The translations under genes and the position numbers were made by a program. From Vicugna vicugna (Eukaryota): 64,000 nt of DNA. This document shows, one piece after another, positions 14,001 to 25,800 of this stretch. The DNA is taken from NCBI GenBank assembly GCA_013265495.1, contig MU058793.1:374001-438000 (forward strand). Direction: 5' to 3'. Position 1 is the first letter of the stretch, and each line of letters begins with the position of its first letter. The notes under the pieces are model-generated. The model had not been told where the DNA came from, ran no database searches, and saw nothing but the letters and a program-made list of their open reading frames with translations.

Positions 14001-14919
14001 TGTTAGGCTATAAGAGATTTCAACAAAGCAGAAGAAAGACTCAAACCTATGAAAATAGTATTTATAATCTACTGGACCCTTTTAAGCAAGACGTTGTGCC
14101 TGCTAAGACTACATTTCCATTACTGTACAACCTCCTTGCAGAGAAAGGGTTAACACTGCCTTTTAAAGAGAAGGAAATAAGCTCCAAGTAAGATCATCAA
14201 GCTAGTAAGTAATGAAGGCAAGATTCATACTTAAACTCCAGCCCATCTTGTTCCAACGTCGGACACTGATCATTGCCCCACATTGAGTTCCCATCATCTG
14301 TGTTTTCTTATTTTCACAGAATAGTACAGGAACTAATACACATATATTCCATATTGTTGCCCTTAATGGATATATAAGAATATTTCTTGATCGTGGACAA
14401 TGGGGACTGGGGTCATTCATAAGGTCTATGTTAAATGCTTCTGTGCATTTTTCATCTTTTTTTTTTTTTTTTGGCTTTGTTTTGCTTTGACTTTTTTGCT
14501 TGGTAATCGTTTTGAGGCTACTTCTTACTAGTTGCCCCTGGGGAATATCTTCCTAGATGACCTGAATGTCTGCCTCAGGCCTCTGAAGGGCAGGTGTTAT
14601 CAAACAACAATCCACTCATTTATTCATTCAGAGATTTGTTCAGTGGCCACTATGGTTGTAGCTACTAGGAATACGACAGAAAATAAAATAGCAAAAATCT
14701 CATCATCTTGTTTCATGTCAGATAGAACATATTAAGTGCCTTAAAGAAGTATAACGAACTCAGCATAAAGTTGGGAAAAGGGTAACAGTATACATACTTG
14801 GCACTCTTCAAGGCACACAGAGAGAAAAATAAGACATGGTCCCAGCCCTCAGGCTACTTAAAATCCTGCTGGTGGTTGTCAATGCTACTACATCTAAAAC
14901 AAGAGGGATTAAATCTTGC

Positions 14920-15290
14920 CAGTTTCAAAGTGAAACTATACACGGTTCTTTCCCTCAGACAGACGTGAGATCTGAGGAGCAAGTTCAAGAGTCCCCCCTG
15001 GGCAGCTTCCAGAAACAAGGTTTGCTGGCATCTCAGTGGGAGTTTCTTCCTTGAAGCCTGGGGCAAGTGGCATCTCAGTCATTTCTCTGCCTTCCAGTGA
15101 AATGAGCCACACTGTCTGCAAGAAGGTGTGGATCTCAGTTATGGGGGAGCCCTCTCCCCAGTTTCTTTCTTCCTGTATTCTTTAGATTTCTCTTTACCTC
15201 CTGAAACGAGTTAACAATTACTAACATTAAACCTCCCCAGTTCCAGTGACTACATGGCTCTGTCTCCTGACTGGACCCTGACTAACACTC
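14920..15290 (+). mobile_element. ERVL-type LTR fragment (LTR16/33-like)
   Basis: Ends attaaacctcc...ctgtctcctgactggaccctgactaacac, typical of ERVL LTR 3' ends. Confidence 0.5.
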
Positions 15291-15882
15291 ATCCCAGTCA
15301 TATCCACACCCCCTGTTTCCTGCCTGCAGAGTCGTGTTGCTCACTGGCGTAATAAAGGCTTGAACAAAGTACCAATTCCATTTTGTTTAACTAAGCTTCC
15401 TGGGTTTGTTTGACCATGAGACCTTTTTCATAGCTGAATATCTGTTAACTCAAGTACCTTAAAGTACACCAGGTCAGTTTCCGAAGTGCTGCTTTGGGGA
15501 CCCATCACTAATCTAATTAATGTTTCCTAAGAAGTTAAAAGTGCTCACAGCCTCCAAAGGTACGAATTTCAGTTCAAATACCTTATTGAATATTTAAAAC
15601 GTTCAGGATACGGCACCGCCAGAAAGCTTAACAATAAATAGAAACAGAAACGGAAACGTGAAAGGTGAATGTGAAAAGTGCCATAGAGAATTTTAGGTGG
15701 AAAAAGAGAAGGGTGAGCAATTCATTCTGACTAGAGGAGGGATCAGAAGAACCTGCTTTTTGGAAGCAGGGGCATGTGACTTCAGTCTTAGGGCATGAGC
15801 AGATTTTGACTGAGATGCATACATAGGATTGCGAAAGGGAAGGAAAAGTGGATATATGAAACAGGACGAAAAAGTGGCATGA

Positions 15883-16380
15883 GTATCAGTCAGGACTCAT
15901 GTGCAACAAATGACAAAACCCAACTCAGTGGCTTTGGTAGAAAAGGGACTTTATTGGCATGAAAACTTGAAGAGTCCAACCTATGCTGCAGGCAGCTCCG
16001 GCTCGCGAGGCCTGAAGCATGTCACCAGACTCAGGTTTGTTCTTGCATCTCTTGGCCTCACTTCCCTTGACTGGACATCATTTTCACCCACGCAGTGTCT
16101 GTGACAAACTTGTTTGTTCCTGAGCAACGCAAGTTAATGAAGCGTTTTTTCCTTCCCTAGAGACCCAGGGTGTGGCTAAATTACATGCTCCCTCCAAATC
16201 CATCCCTGTGACCAGTAAGATGTGGTGCTGTGACTGGTCAGGTCTGGTTCACTTGTCCATTTCGGGGCCGAGAATGGCGTCAGCAACCCCACCACCACAC
16301 AGACAAGGGAGAACCGGGGATGCAGTCACCAAAAGCAGCAGAATAGCTGGTAGGCAAGCAAAAAACCTTACAGATTCTAC
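15883..16380 (-). mobile_element. Old MaLR (MLT1) LTR, reverse orientation
   Basis: gtatcagtcaggactc...tgacaaaacccaactcagtggctt...ggactttattggc. Confidence 0.55.
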
Positions 16381-17639
16381 TGCCCTATGAAGATAGGAAA
16401 GAGCAGAAGATGACATGATGCTAAATTTGATACTGAGGCTGCTGACCCCAAAACTCAGGTGTCTTGTCCATACGTGAAATCATTATTTAACACATGAAAA
16501 GTGGAAAAATCTTAACTCACTCCAAGGCACATATCAACTTAAGCTAGCAACAAAATTGGATGGTGGGCGTAGTGGGTGGGGGAATCCATAAGCTTAGCTC
16601 TAAAGACAGTTTCACAACAGCAGAAGAGACACTGAGATTTGATACTTTTCTAATTCATGAGATTCATTCTGCTCTAGTATTTTTGGAGCAACTTTAACTG
16701 GTGACACTTTTATGGGGAGGAGGACAGGGACAAAAAAGTAGGACAAGGTGACAGTGCTTCTTGACAGTGGGCTCATAAAGCTGATATTAGATACTCAGGG
16801 GCAACGCAAAAATAAGGACAGCAAATATTGCCCCATTAGAATGTTCTTTCTCAGTTCCTCATTACCCAGGAGACTTAATATTACATTAACAAACTAAAAG
16901 CTGCCACAATGCTGATGGGTCCTGGCGAGGAACTGCTAACAAGATGTGAACACACTTAATAAAATGGCCAACTCTTGCTGATAGAGAGCCAACTAATTAC
17001 CTGCCACATATCCAGGCTGTGTTCTCCCTGCTGCAATTGATAGCAGGCTGTCAGTGTGAGAGGGAACGAAAAGGCAGTTTGGGGTTGAGGAATAAGAAGA
17101 AAGGTTTGATGTATTACAGTGGACACTGTTACTCTATATCAAATGATCTTGGTTTGCCAAGAGTCACACTGTCAGGCAAGTCCAAACTAGTATTTCTAGG
17201 GAAATCTAGAGTGACTTAGAATCCCATCCACATACCAAATATTGGAGAGAGGGTGGTGAAAGCTATTTTAAGGTTTGACTTTCCAGAAACAGAGAAAAGA
17301 GAAAGTATACTAGTGCACTAGAATGCAATTCAAGAAACAGAAATCTTTTTGCAGATTTTCCTTACTCTGAAACCCTAAAATATGCATACGTGCATTCCTT
17401 GGATAAGAGATTTCTTTTTACAAAAATACATATAAATATCCATTTTAGGAACCTCTGCTTGTTGCATTCTTACCAAAGGCAAGTTCATGTGCCCTCTGTA
17501 ACAGAAAGCCAAGCAAATTGATTTTTATCTAAGTAGGTTTTAATTTTGATGTGGTATTTACATACGTATAACAGGAGGTATTGGCCATTACATATCTCCT
17601 TTTTTTTTATTGCTACCATTTCATCTAAATTTAATTGTC

Positions 17640-17998
17640 TAAAATTTAATAGCTACAAGAGATGAAGTCATAAGGTTGCAGCTGCCAGCACGCACTGCTT
17701 TGAGAATGGCTGGTGGTGTCCCAAGTATAACACAGCTCAGAAACTTCGAGTTCTCAACGGTGCAAGAACATGTCTGAAGTCTTACTTCCACTGGCCACAA
17801 GTTTTATCTTGAATGTCTGAACCACAGCTACTCCATTTTGATTTTTAAATGCATTCCCCTCCTCAAGGCCAAAGCAGATGTACAATGCACATCCAAAAGG
17901 CCATAAAACAGGCCACTTTGGTCAGAAACATTTAAGTTAGACTATGTATAAGCCAGAATGACTCCCCCTTACCTCGATATGTGCAGATTTTTCCATCA
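17640..17998 (-). mobile_element. Putative 3' LTR of an ERV1-type element (left boundary uncertain)
   Basis: On the minus strand the polypurine tract AAAAGGGGAAA (17999-18009) is followed directly by TG. CAAAATGGAG (17831-17840) is a motif common in ERV1 LTRs. Confidence 0.6.
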
Positions 17999-20407
17999 TT
18001 TCCCCTTTTGATTCTAAATCTTTTAATAGAAAGCATTGATGACCAAAATATTCCTCCCTCAATGCTGGGGTGATGGCTCCTGCCCCAGGTTTTGATCATG
18101 TCCCTCAGTGCTAGGTCTCTTATATTTGCCTAGTTATTCATGTTGGGGGACAACTAATCAGATATCATGAACAGGTTCAGAGACATGTTAATAGGGAAAC
18201 ACATTATTGGCCATACATTATCACTTATACCCAGTTGTTAGACAAGCATCATACACGGGCTTTTAGCAACAGACATAGAGCAAGCATTGTTACACATCAT
18301 AAGTGTTATCATGACAGCTCTAATAGAGAATTCTCTTTCTATCCTAAATATTAGGGGCAACAGTGTGGTTGGAAGTAAAACAGTGACCTGAAATATTGAT
18401 AGGGGGACAAACATCTGGTAAACAATTCAATGAGAAAATGTCGATTAAGTGCCAGTAATATTTCAGACAAAACCAAAAAATTATAGCCACATTTACCAAC
18501 TTACTTGATCTCACATAATCCTTTTTACTAATAATTGTATGATAGTTCTCATTAGTCTTTTTAAATGCCTTATCCAGTTTAGCAGTATGATTTAAAAGAA
18601 ACCTGTACTTGTCAAAAAGTCCTTTTTATGAATCTTATGGACGATGAAACAGTTTTGCAAAGCGTCATTTTAACTATCTATGAATGACAAAAGACTTAAA
18701 AAGGCAAAGTTAAAGATCTGGTTACAACGTTTTTGACAAAGAAACTTCAATCCTGTTGCTGTGGCAAACAACATTTTAACATTCTAAATTTCTAAATTTA
18801 CATAAGGTCCAGAATGTCTATGTTAACAACATTTATCTGTACCACACAGTCTGAGGAGGCTTATTACTCTTTTGACAGTGTCTATGTAACTTAACATAGC
18901 AACCAACCCTAGTGAGTTTAACATTTCTCTCTGAGATGTCTCAGGGGTCCGCTGAATCATCCCGGAGTTAACCGACGTCAAAAGAACCTTGATTAGAATT
19001 TGATAGGAAGGTTGTCAACAACATCAAAAAGTTTTACACCGTCTGTTATCATAAGCAAGTAAACTTGTTCTTTTAACAGAGAGGAACCGAATCTAGTCCT
19101 GCACCAATCGACTTTTAGTAACAAGATCCACTCACCGACTTAAGTGTAATCCAATCTCAGCCAGACCATGTGCAAAACTCCTTTTTCAGGGCTCCTTTTC
19201 CACAAACTTTTCCTTTAACAAAATGCAATTCCATTCCTCATACTTTTTATTCAAAACATACAGCCTACTTTCCTAGCGTATATTGAAATGTTTTCTTTAT
19301 TATTTTTAGTAGCTTTAATGACATACTTAAATTAGAATCCTCAACTCTTAAAAACCTTAGTTTCTAGGGAACACCAGGCAGTTAATTATGAACTGTCCTT
19401 TACATTAGTATTCTGTAGGCTGGCAAACATAAATACCAATAATAATTTCTCAAAACATGTGTTTTGTATAGAAAATACCTCAGTGTGACACCAAACATAT
19501 TTAGTTTAGTTAAAAACTAAATTTTAATTTTTCTGTAAAGGGAAGCCAATGTTCAGTAAATAATGTTCCAGTGTCTTATTTCATTTGGGAATGACCTAGC
19601 TATTCAACAAACGTCCATTATTTAACTTCAGTTAGCAGAACTCTAATATTTCAAGTTCAGTCAAATACCTGGGGAGATCATTTTTAGGTAGATATTTCTG
19701 AAACAGAATTACGTTCAAAGAATTCACCCCAAAGCCCTCATGTTCTTTTTATTTAATTTACTTATAAGAACTTTGTCATACCAAGTTAATTGAATTTGTT
19801 TTTCTTTCTGACAAAATCTGCAACAGAAACAGAAACCTACTGACCATCAGAAACCCTAGGTACAATAAAAGACATGTCTGTGTCAATTGTTCCAGCATGC
19901 TTAAGCTAGATTTAATATCAGGTATTAATTTAATATTGCATATTCCCTAGATCAGGAGCCTGAAATTTGTTGTCTAGCTTTTTTATACTTAGAAGCATTT
20001 CATTTGTAACTGCTTACTCTTAAGTCAACCAAATAGAGTTTTTTACACATTAATTTTTATATAAGACAGACAGAACCAGAGATCTGGTTTTTTTGCCTGA
20101 GTTAAAAAAAAATTTTTTTTTCCTTGAAAGCCCAGGTAGATCATTTATATCTCAAAGACACAGGAAGAGAAATAAAAATTCTTCCTCTAACAGTTTATAT
20201 AGGACCCAATCATCTTGGCTGTTTTCAGGGATTTTTTTTTTTTTCCAGTTCTCAACTATCCACTTCAGTTTAAAGAAATAACAGTAATAGACAATAATAT
20301 ATATAACGCTCACTCACATTCAGATGCCTCACTTTCAGCAGAACTAGGAAGACAGAGCAGGATTTGGACTTAGGTACCAAGACATTTATACACACATACA
20401 CACTCAG

Positions 20408-20580
20408 GATAAAAGTCAGATTGCAAAGGCTCACTTTGATATAACGGCAGAGCCATTATGGCCATTGTTCTCCAGACCTCAGGGAGTGCTGAGGTCACAC
20501 AGTGTTCCAAGGCAATATCATTTCTTCTCATTTATAGGAGCAGAGCTGACGATCTCCCAGTTTTGCAAATTACGCGCTAG
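20408..20580 (-). pseudogene. ERV1 gag matrix (MA) remnant
   Basis: Frameshifted translation LARNLQNWEIVSSAPINEKK / MILPWNTV*PQHSLRSGEQWP / NGS...LQSDFY resembles the gammaretrovirus-like MA motif PL.CILKNW...KK..IF.CNT.WPQY.L...E.WP..GS.....LQLDLFC. Confidence 0.7.
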
Positions 20581-21051
20581 GAGGACTATAGATAAGATGA
20601 AACAGAGCTCTGATCATCCACACTTAATTATTCACAGCTGATGTTATCAAATGTCAAGCAAACAACAGTTCAAAATGGTTTCTCAGGGTCACAGCTCCCC
20701 AGCTGCAAAAGGGAGACTCCTAACCAATGCCCCGTCAATCCAAAAGGGGAGAAACCCAACCAACATCCCATCAGAGATGAAGCTGAATGAAAGACCAAAG
20801 CTGGGAAGGGAAAATCCTGACCGTCACTCCGCCCCAGGTGAGGCCAGCGCAATAGGGAAGGACACCCTGGTGTCGTCACATACAAGCCCCGCTACCCAAA
20901 GACATCTCAACTGGCCCATGCAAGTTCTGACACACATGTACAAACAACAAACATGGTCCCACAGATCAGACAAGGTGTGGCCCCCAAATTCCACTTCCAC
21001 TCCCAGACGGAAGCCTCCAAATAGATTGTCCCAGATCTCAAAAAAGAAAGG

Positions 21052-21105
21052 ACCCAGAGCGGCTCGCGATGAACCCAGAGCGGCTCGCGATGAGCCCGGA
21101 GCAGC
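21052..21105. repeat. 21-bp tandem repeat ACCCAGAGCGGCTCGCGATGA x2 (perfect) plus a degenerate third copy
   Basis: 21052-21072 is identical to 21073-21093. GCCCGGAGCAGC follows. Confidence 0.95.
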
Positions 21106-21899
21106 GCCCTTCCCAGTATTTTGGCAAAAACATTTATGAGCATTTAGTAGACTCACTTCACTTAAGTAGGCAGAAGCCACATACCAGGGCCTGGAAATTG
21201 AGAAACTTTGAATGAAAACAGATCAAGTCACTGACTATGTGTTCAAGGACAAAGCATTTGGCCTGCTGGCCTTCTTGACCCAGCTGTCAAATAGGGGATC
21301 ATGGTGCTTTCTTTAGCCACATGTTTATCTCATACATCAGTGTTCCATCCAAAGATGAACATTCATTCTCACACAAAGGGGATATTGACCAAGACAGCCT
21401 GGGGGCAATGGCTACTTTCTGAAAATAAAATGATAGGAAGCAAAATAAGGCATCAGGCACATAATAAGAGGTCACACAGGTCTGCAAAACAATAGCTATA
21501 GTTTGTTCATTTGCTTTAAGGGTCAGAGTCCCTCATTTATTATGTTTTCCTCCTTTCCAGGGCAAATGAATGTAGGGCATACTATAGTATGGAATCTCCC
21601 TCCACCAGCTCACGGGCTTATTCCATTAGCTCATCTGTGTCCGTAGTCATCAGTCACTTCTTCCCTCTTCTGATTTCAGCCTGTAATACCCTTTGGCAGG
21701 TCCCTCAAGACTTGGTATATTTCCATATTAAGCCTTTCATTGTAAGTAATAAAAACTAACTATGATCAATTTAAAGACAAAAGAGAATGCATTAAGCTCA
21801 TTTATGGAAGGAAGAGTTGAACATTCACAAGAATTTGGGAAGGAAGAACCAGGTCCCCTATGGAGATCTCACAGAGGACGTTCCTAGACCTCCTCCAAA

Positions 21900-22050
21900 A
21901 AGGGTTTTCCAAATCAACCTGATGATAGAAATCACCTAAGAGTGCTTATTAAAACTCTGATTCCTGGCTCCAGTCTGGATCTACTAAATCAGAATTTTTC
22001 AGGAAGTAGCTTGGAATCTGCATACTTAACAGAAAAGACTAAGACACACT
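21900..22050. mobile_element. MER5-family hAT MITE
   Basis: gaaatcacctaagagtgcttattaaaactctgattcctggctcc...ctactaaatcagaatt...ggaatctgcatacttaaca. Confidence 0.65.
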
Positions 22051-23249
22051 GAGAAGTGGTAACATTAATTCCTCTCCACTGGCCCTCGGTTTCTGTTCCA
22101 ATTGGCAAATTCCAGGAAAGGATAATCTGATTGGCTCATCCGGGGACGGGTGCCTCAGCTATGGCCAGAGGGGCTCCGTCAGAGGACCCTGTCCAATATA
22201 TCAGGAGGCATTTCCAAAGAAGAAGAAAATTACAAACAGCAGAGAAACCACCACTCAATCACTCTATCATCAGTAAAATAAGCCAAAGCTGTGTAGAATT
22301 CATTAGCAGGTCTTTACAATTCATTTAGAGTTCTGAAATATTGTATCAACAATTTTTTTTTAAATATGAAACATAGCTGTGCTGGAAAATTGGAGGAAAT
22401 GGCCCATTTGCAAATCCAGTCTGGATTAGAAACAAGTGGACAGAAGTCAAAACCCAGAACTTTACAGTGACAAATGCAACATCTGGGACATCATTTATGT
22501 TATGGAGGGCCAACACCCAGCCCCACACCCTGAAATATTCCCAAATAGAAATCCATCCATCATGTAAGCAATATGGAAAGCATCAAGTCAGTAGGCAAGC
22601 TCGGGACAGCCCCAGCACCCACTCTTAGCTGGGTATCACCCTCCACATCTTCTGCTCTTCCCCCAGGAGGCCTCACAGTGACTGATTTTGCCAATAATGG
22701 CAGCTTTACAGTCTTCTTTGTCCACAGGGTCTTAGTCACAGTGAACATTCAATAGATGGCTTTGCTTGCAGGCACACTGTCAAATGCCAGAAAAGCATCT
22801 GACAGTGTTGGATGTTTAGAGAGCTATTGTTAGGAAGATTAAGTGCTGTCCCATGTTCAATCATTTATTCAACAGCCACACAGGAAACCTAACAGGAGGA
22901 AACAAGTGAGGTCTGGGTGTTTGGGTGGATGTTGCAGGCAAGAATGTCTCTCATTTTATATGTAAAACTAAGGACAGGAAATCTGAACACTAGGCAGGTC
23001 TTATGACCCCACTTTGAGGGACAGACTACTGGGGTTGACTCTAGGCAATGTCCTCACTTAAAAGGTGGGCTGAGAACAAGAGCGAGCACGTTCCCAAAGC
23101 CACAAAACTAATTTTGGCTCACACCAAAAGCAAGCGTACCCTTGTCCTAGACTCCTACTAGCTGCTTGTATCAGCCAACTCTCTGAGAAGAATTTCCTTT
23201 GCAGGAAGTATTTTACGTGCACTATTCATGCCACCCAGCACGCACTCTC

Positions 23250-23800
23250 TCCTCCTGGCAACAGTGCTCTGGTTTTCCATAGGAGAACCACTCCTCCCTG
23301 TTCTCAGTCCACGTTCTTCTAGGGGAACTGAATCCATCGTCTCCAGGGATAAGCAGATGACTTAACCAATGGTTAGGCTCTGACTGGTGAGCCTAACCAA
23401 TCAGAGCAGGGCATTACGGTAGTCCACAGTGACTGGTTTATGCTTGGGCCCAAGACCCAATAAGAACCAACTTAACACAATGAGCTCTTTCCTGGGATGG
23501 TGAGAGAGTACATTCTCTTTTCTGTTGACAGTGCCAGCCGTAAGGATATTATGAGTTGGTACTTCCAAGAGTCAGTGAGTGGAACCTGACAATGCAGATC
23601 ACACAGTGGACGGCTGAGCAAAACGACACAGAGAAAATGAGCCCTGATGACTTGTTTTTGCTCTTGGCACCAGCCATGCCTGAAACCAGTCGTGTCCCTG
23701 GACTTTTCAGTTACAAAAACAAATAAATTCCCTTATTTTCCCTTAGCCAATTTGATTTGGGTTTTTACCTTCTCCAATTGAGAATCCTAATTAAAACAGG
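23250..23800 (+). mobile_element. Old MaLR (MLT1K-like) LTR
   Basis: gcctaaccaatcagagc...cagccatgcctgaaacc...ggacttttcagttac...aataaattccct...agccaatttgatttgggttttt. Confidence 0.7.
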
Positions 23801-25529
23801 AATGAACAGAATAACGCATTTTGTTAATTCTATTTCTTTAAAAACTATCTGTTGAGCACCTGCTGTGGGCTTCTGTGGAAGTAGGAGGCATTGTTCTACC
23901 ACCCAAAGTTGCTTCATCACTAAAGGAAAAGACACTTTTCATACATGCACAAGTGCACAAGGTACAGAATCACTTCCACTTAGAACAATCAAAAAGATTG
24001 GGTTTCGTTTATCAAACGATATACAAAAGGGTTGAGGTGTTGATACAAAGAGAATGATCAACATGGAAGGCAAAGGTAGATTTTCTTGGAGGTGAGGGAA
24101 TCTGGGTTTCTTCCCCCTCACCCCGGCCCTGGCGGGGAGGGCTTAAGTTTGAGACTGCACTAAAGATCAACTCTGCAATCCTCTTTGGTGCCACTGGGAA
24201 ATCTAGGGAATTCAGCTTCCCCTTCTCATGTGCTCTTTGATAAGTTGGTTTTGAGGGACTATGCTGATGCTCCAGAGGCTAATTCAGATCAGCTGAAGTC
24301 ATCTTGTCATCCCTCTGTTAGGAAAGGCATTATTCCTAAATGTCTTATTATTGATTTCATGTGAAAATTATCTAGGAATCAGTCTACCAACATCTTTGAG
24401 CATCTTTTGTGGACCCAGCACTTTCCTTGGTGGTGAGGGAATACGAATGTTCACGTGTAAGACATGGTCCCTGTACTCCATGTGATTTCAAATCAGTGGT
24501 GACCTACACCACAAATTAAATAATCTTTAGGTGCTTAGTTGGTATTAACTAAAGTGCAATGGTTGGGTCAAGAAGAGGGAGGTCAAAATGTAAGATCCCT
24601 AAAGGCAGAGTTTGCATCTTAGGCAATTTGTTCCCACTAAGTATAGTACATGGTCTTACAGAAGGCACACTTGGTAGATAATTGTGGATTAAACAAGGTT
24701 TCCTGGAGGTTTGCTGAAAGTAGTATTTGGAAGATACAGGCCAGGATGATGGGGAATGCTCTGCTTCTGCTTAGAAGATTCCATCACATGGGGATATATG
24801 CTGGAGTGTCATTGAAAGGCTGGTTGATTGGCTTGGCTGGATTTTCAAAGCCTGCTGTACATTCTCAAGTGAGTGAGAGATAGTTTAAGAGATGCTATAT
24901 TCCTGCATGTTGGACTCCAGGGATATTTCTTTTTTCTAATCTTTAGCCTTGCCATCCTCATTAAAAATCAGAAGTTAGGGCCAATATTGGACATAATTGC
25001 TTCAAGTAAAGGAAGTCAGAAGTCTTAAAGGGCAAGTGACTTTATCCCACTGTGGGCATTTCCCTGGCTCTTCCTACTCTCTTTGACAGTAAATCATCCT
25101 AGCATATTTTGAAATGCCCCTCATTGCCCAGGAATGGTTGGATGAAGTGAGAATACGTGTGTTCAGCCTACCTTTCTATGTGTTCAACATTCTATCCCAG
25201 CCCTCACCAAACTGTTTGGTAATTACTTTTGTCTAAAATTGCTTGGATCTCCTTGCTTCTGCCCTTGCTGCCCTGTCGTTTATTCTCAACCCAGCATCCA
25301 GAATGATCTGTTGCAAACGTAAATCAGATTGTGTCATTCTACTGCTCAAAATTCTCACTCAGAGTAAAAGTCCGAGTCCTAATAACGGCCCAGAAGATCC
25401 TCAGGTGCATAGTCAATTAACAAAGCCTGGGGAGGCTTAAAACAAATAAAACAATGTATCTGCTGCACCCCAAAACAATCACCCCAATTGCTGGAGCCAT
25501 TACTTATTTGTGTATGTTCCCCAGGTGGT

Positions 25530-25800
25530 TTCTTTTTTATGTTATTATTATGGTGAATTGTGAACATACACAAAATTAGACAAAATAATACACTGATATG
25601 CTGACATCCATGTACCCATAACCCAGCCCGCACATCTTGCAACTCATGGCCAGTGCTGCTTCTTCCACATCCCCATCCATCTCCCCCAATCTTGCATTAT
25701 TATGGAGCAAATCCCAGACATCACCTCATTCTATCCATAACTATTTCAGTATGTAGCTTGGAAAGTTAACCTTATTCCAACATAACCACAGTATCATAAT
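25530..25800 (-). mobile_element. Ancient L1 (L1MC/ME) 3'UTR fragment inserted among L2 remnants (L2 about 25240-25400 and 25840-26290, plus strand)
   Basis: ttattatggtgaattgtgaacatacacaaaa...aatcccagacatca...tatttcagtatgta. The flanking L2 terminus reads aaatatttgctgaacaaatg. Confidence 0.55.

Larger units (their letters stand above)
17999..21110 (-). mobile_element. Decayed non-autonomous ERV1 (MER4-group-like) internal region
   Basis: GC-rich leader (20.6-21.1 kb), gag matrix remnant (20408-20580), long AT-rich non-coding interior, and a PPT next to the LTR. Confidence 0.7.

Noticed and set aside
21052..21105. Short direct repeats considered as a CRISPR-like array
   Set aside because: The repeats are adjacent with no spacers, there are no cas genes, and the context is mammalian.
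20651..21139. 162-aa plus-strand ORF with an AARDEP repeat
   Set aside because: It lies antisense to a decayed ERV leader. The peptide repeat just reflects the 21-bp DNA duplication, and no domain is recognisable.
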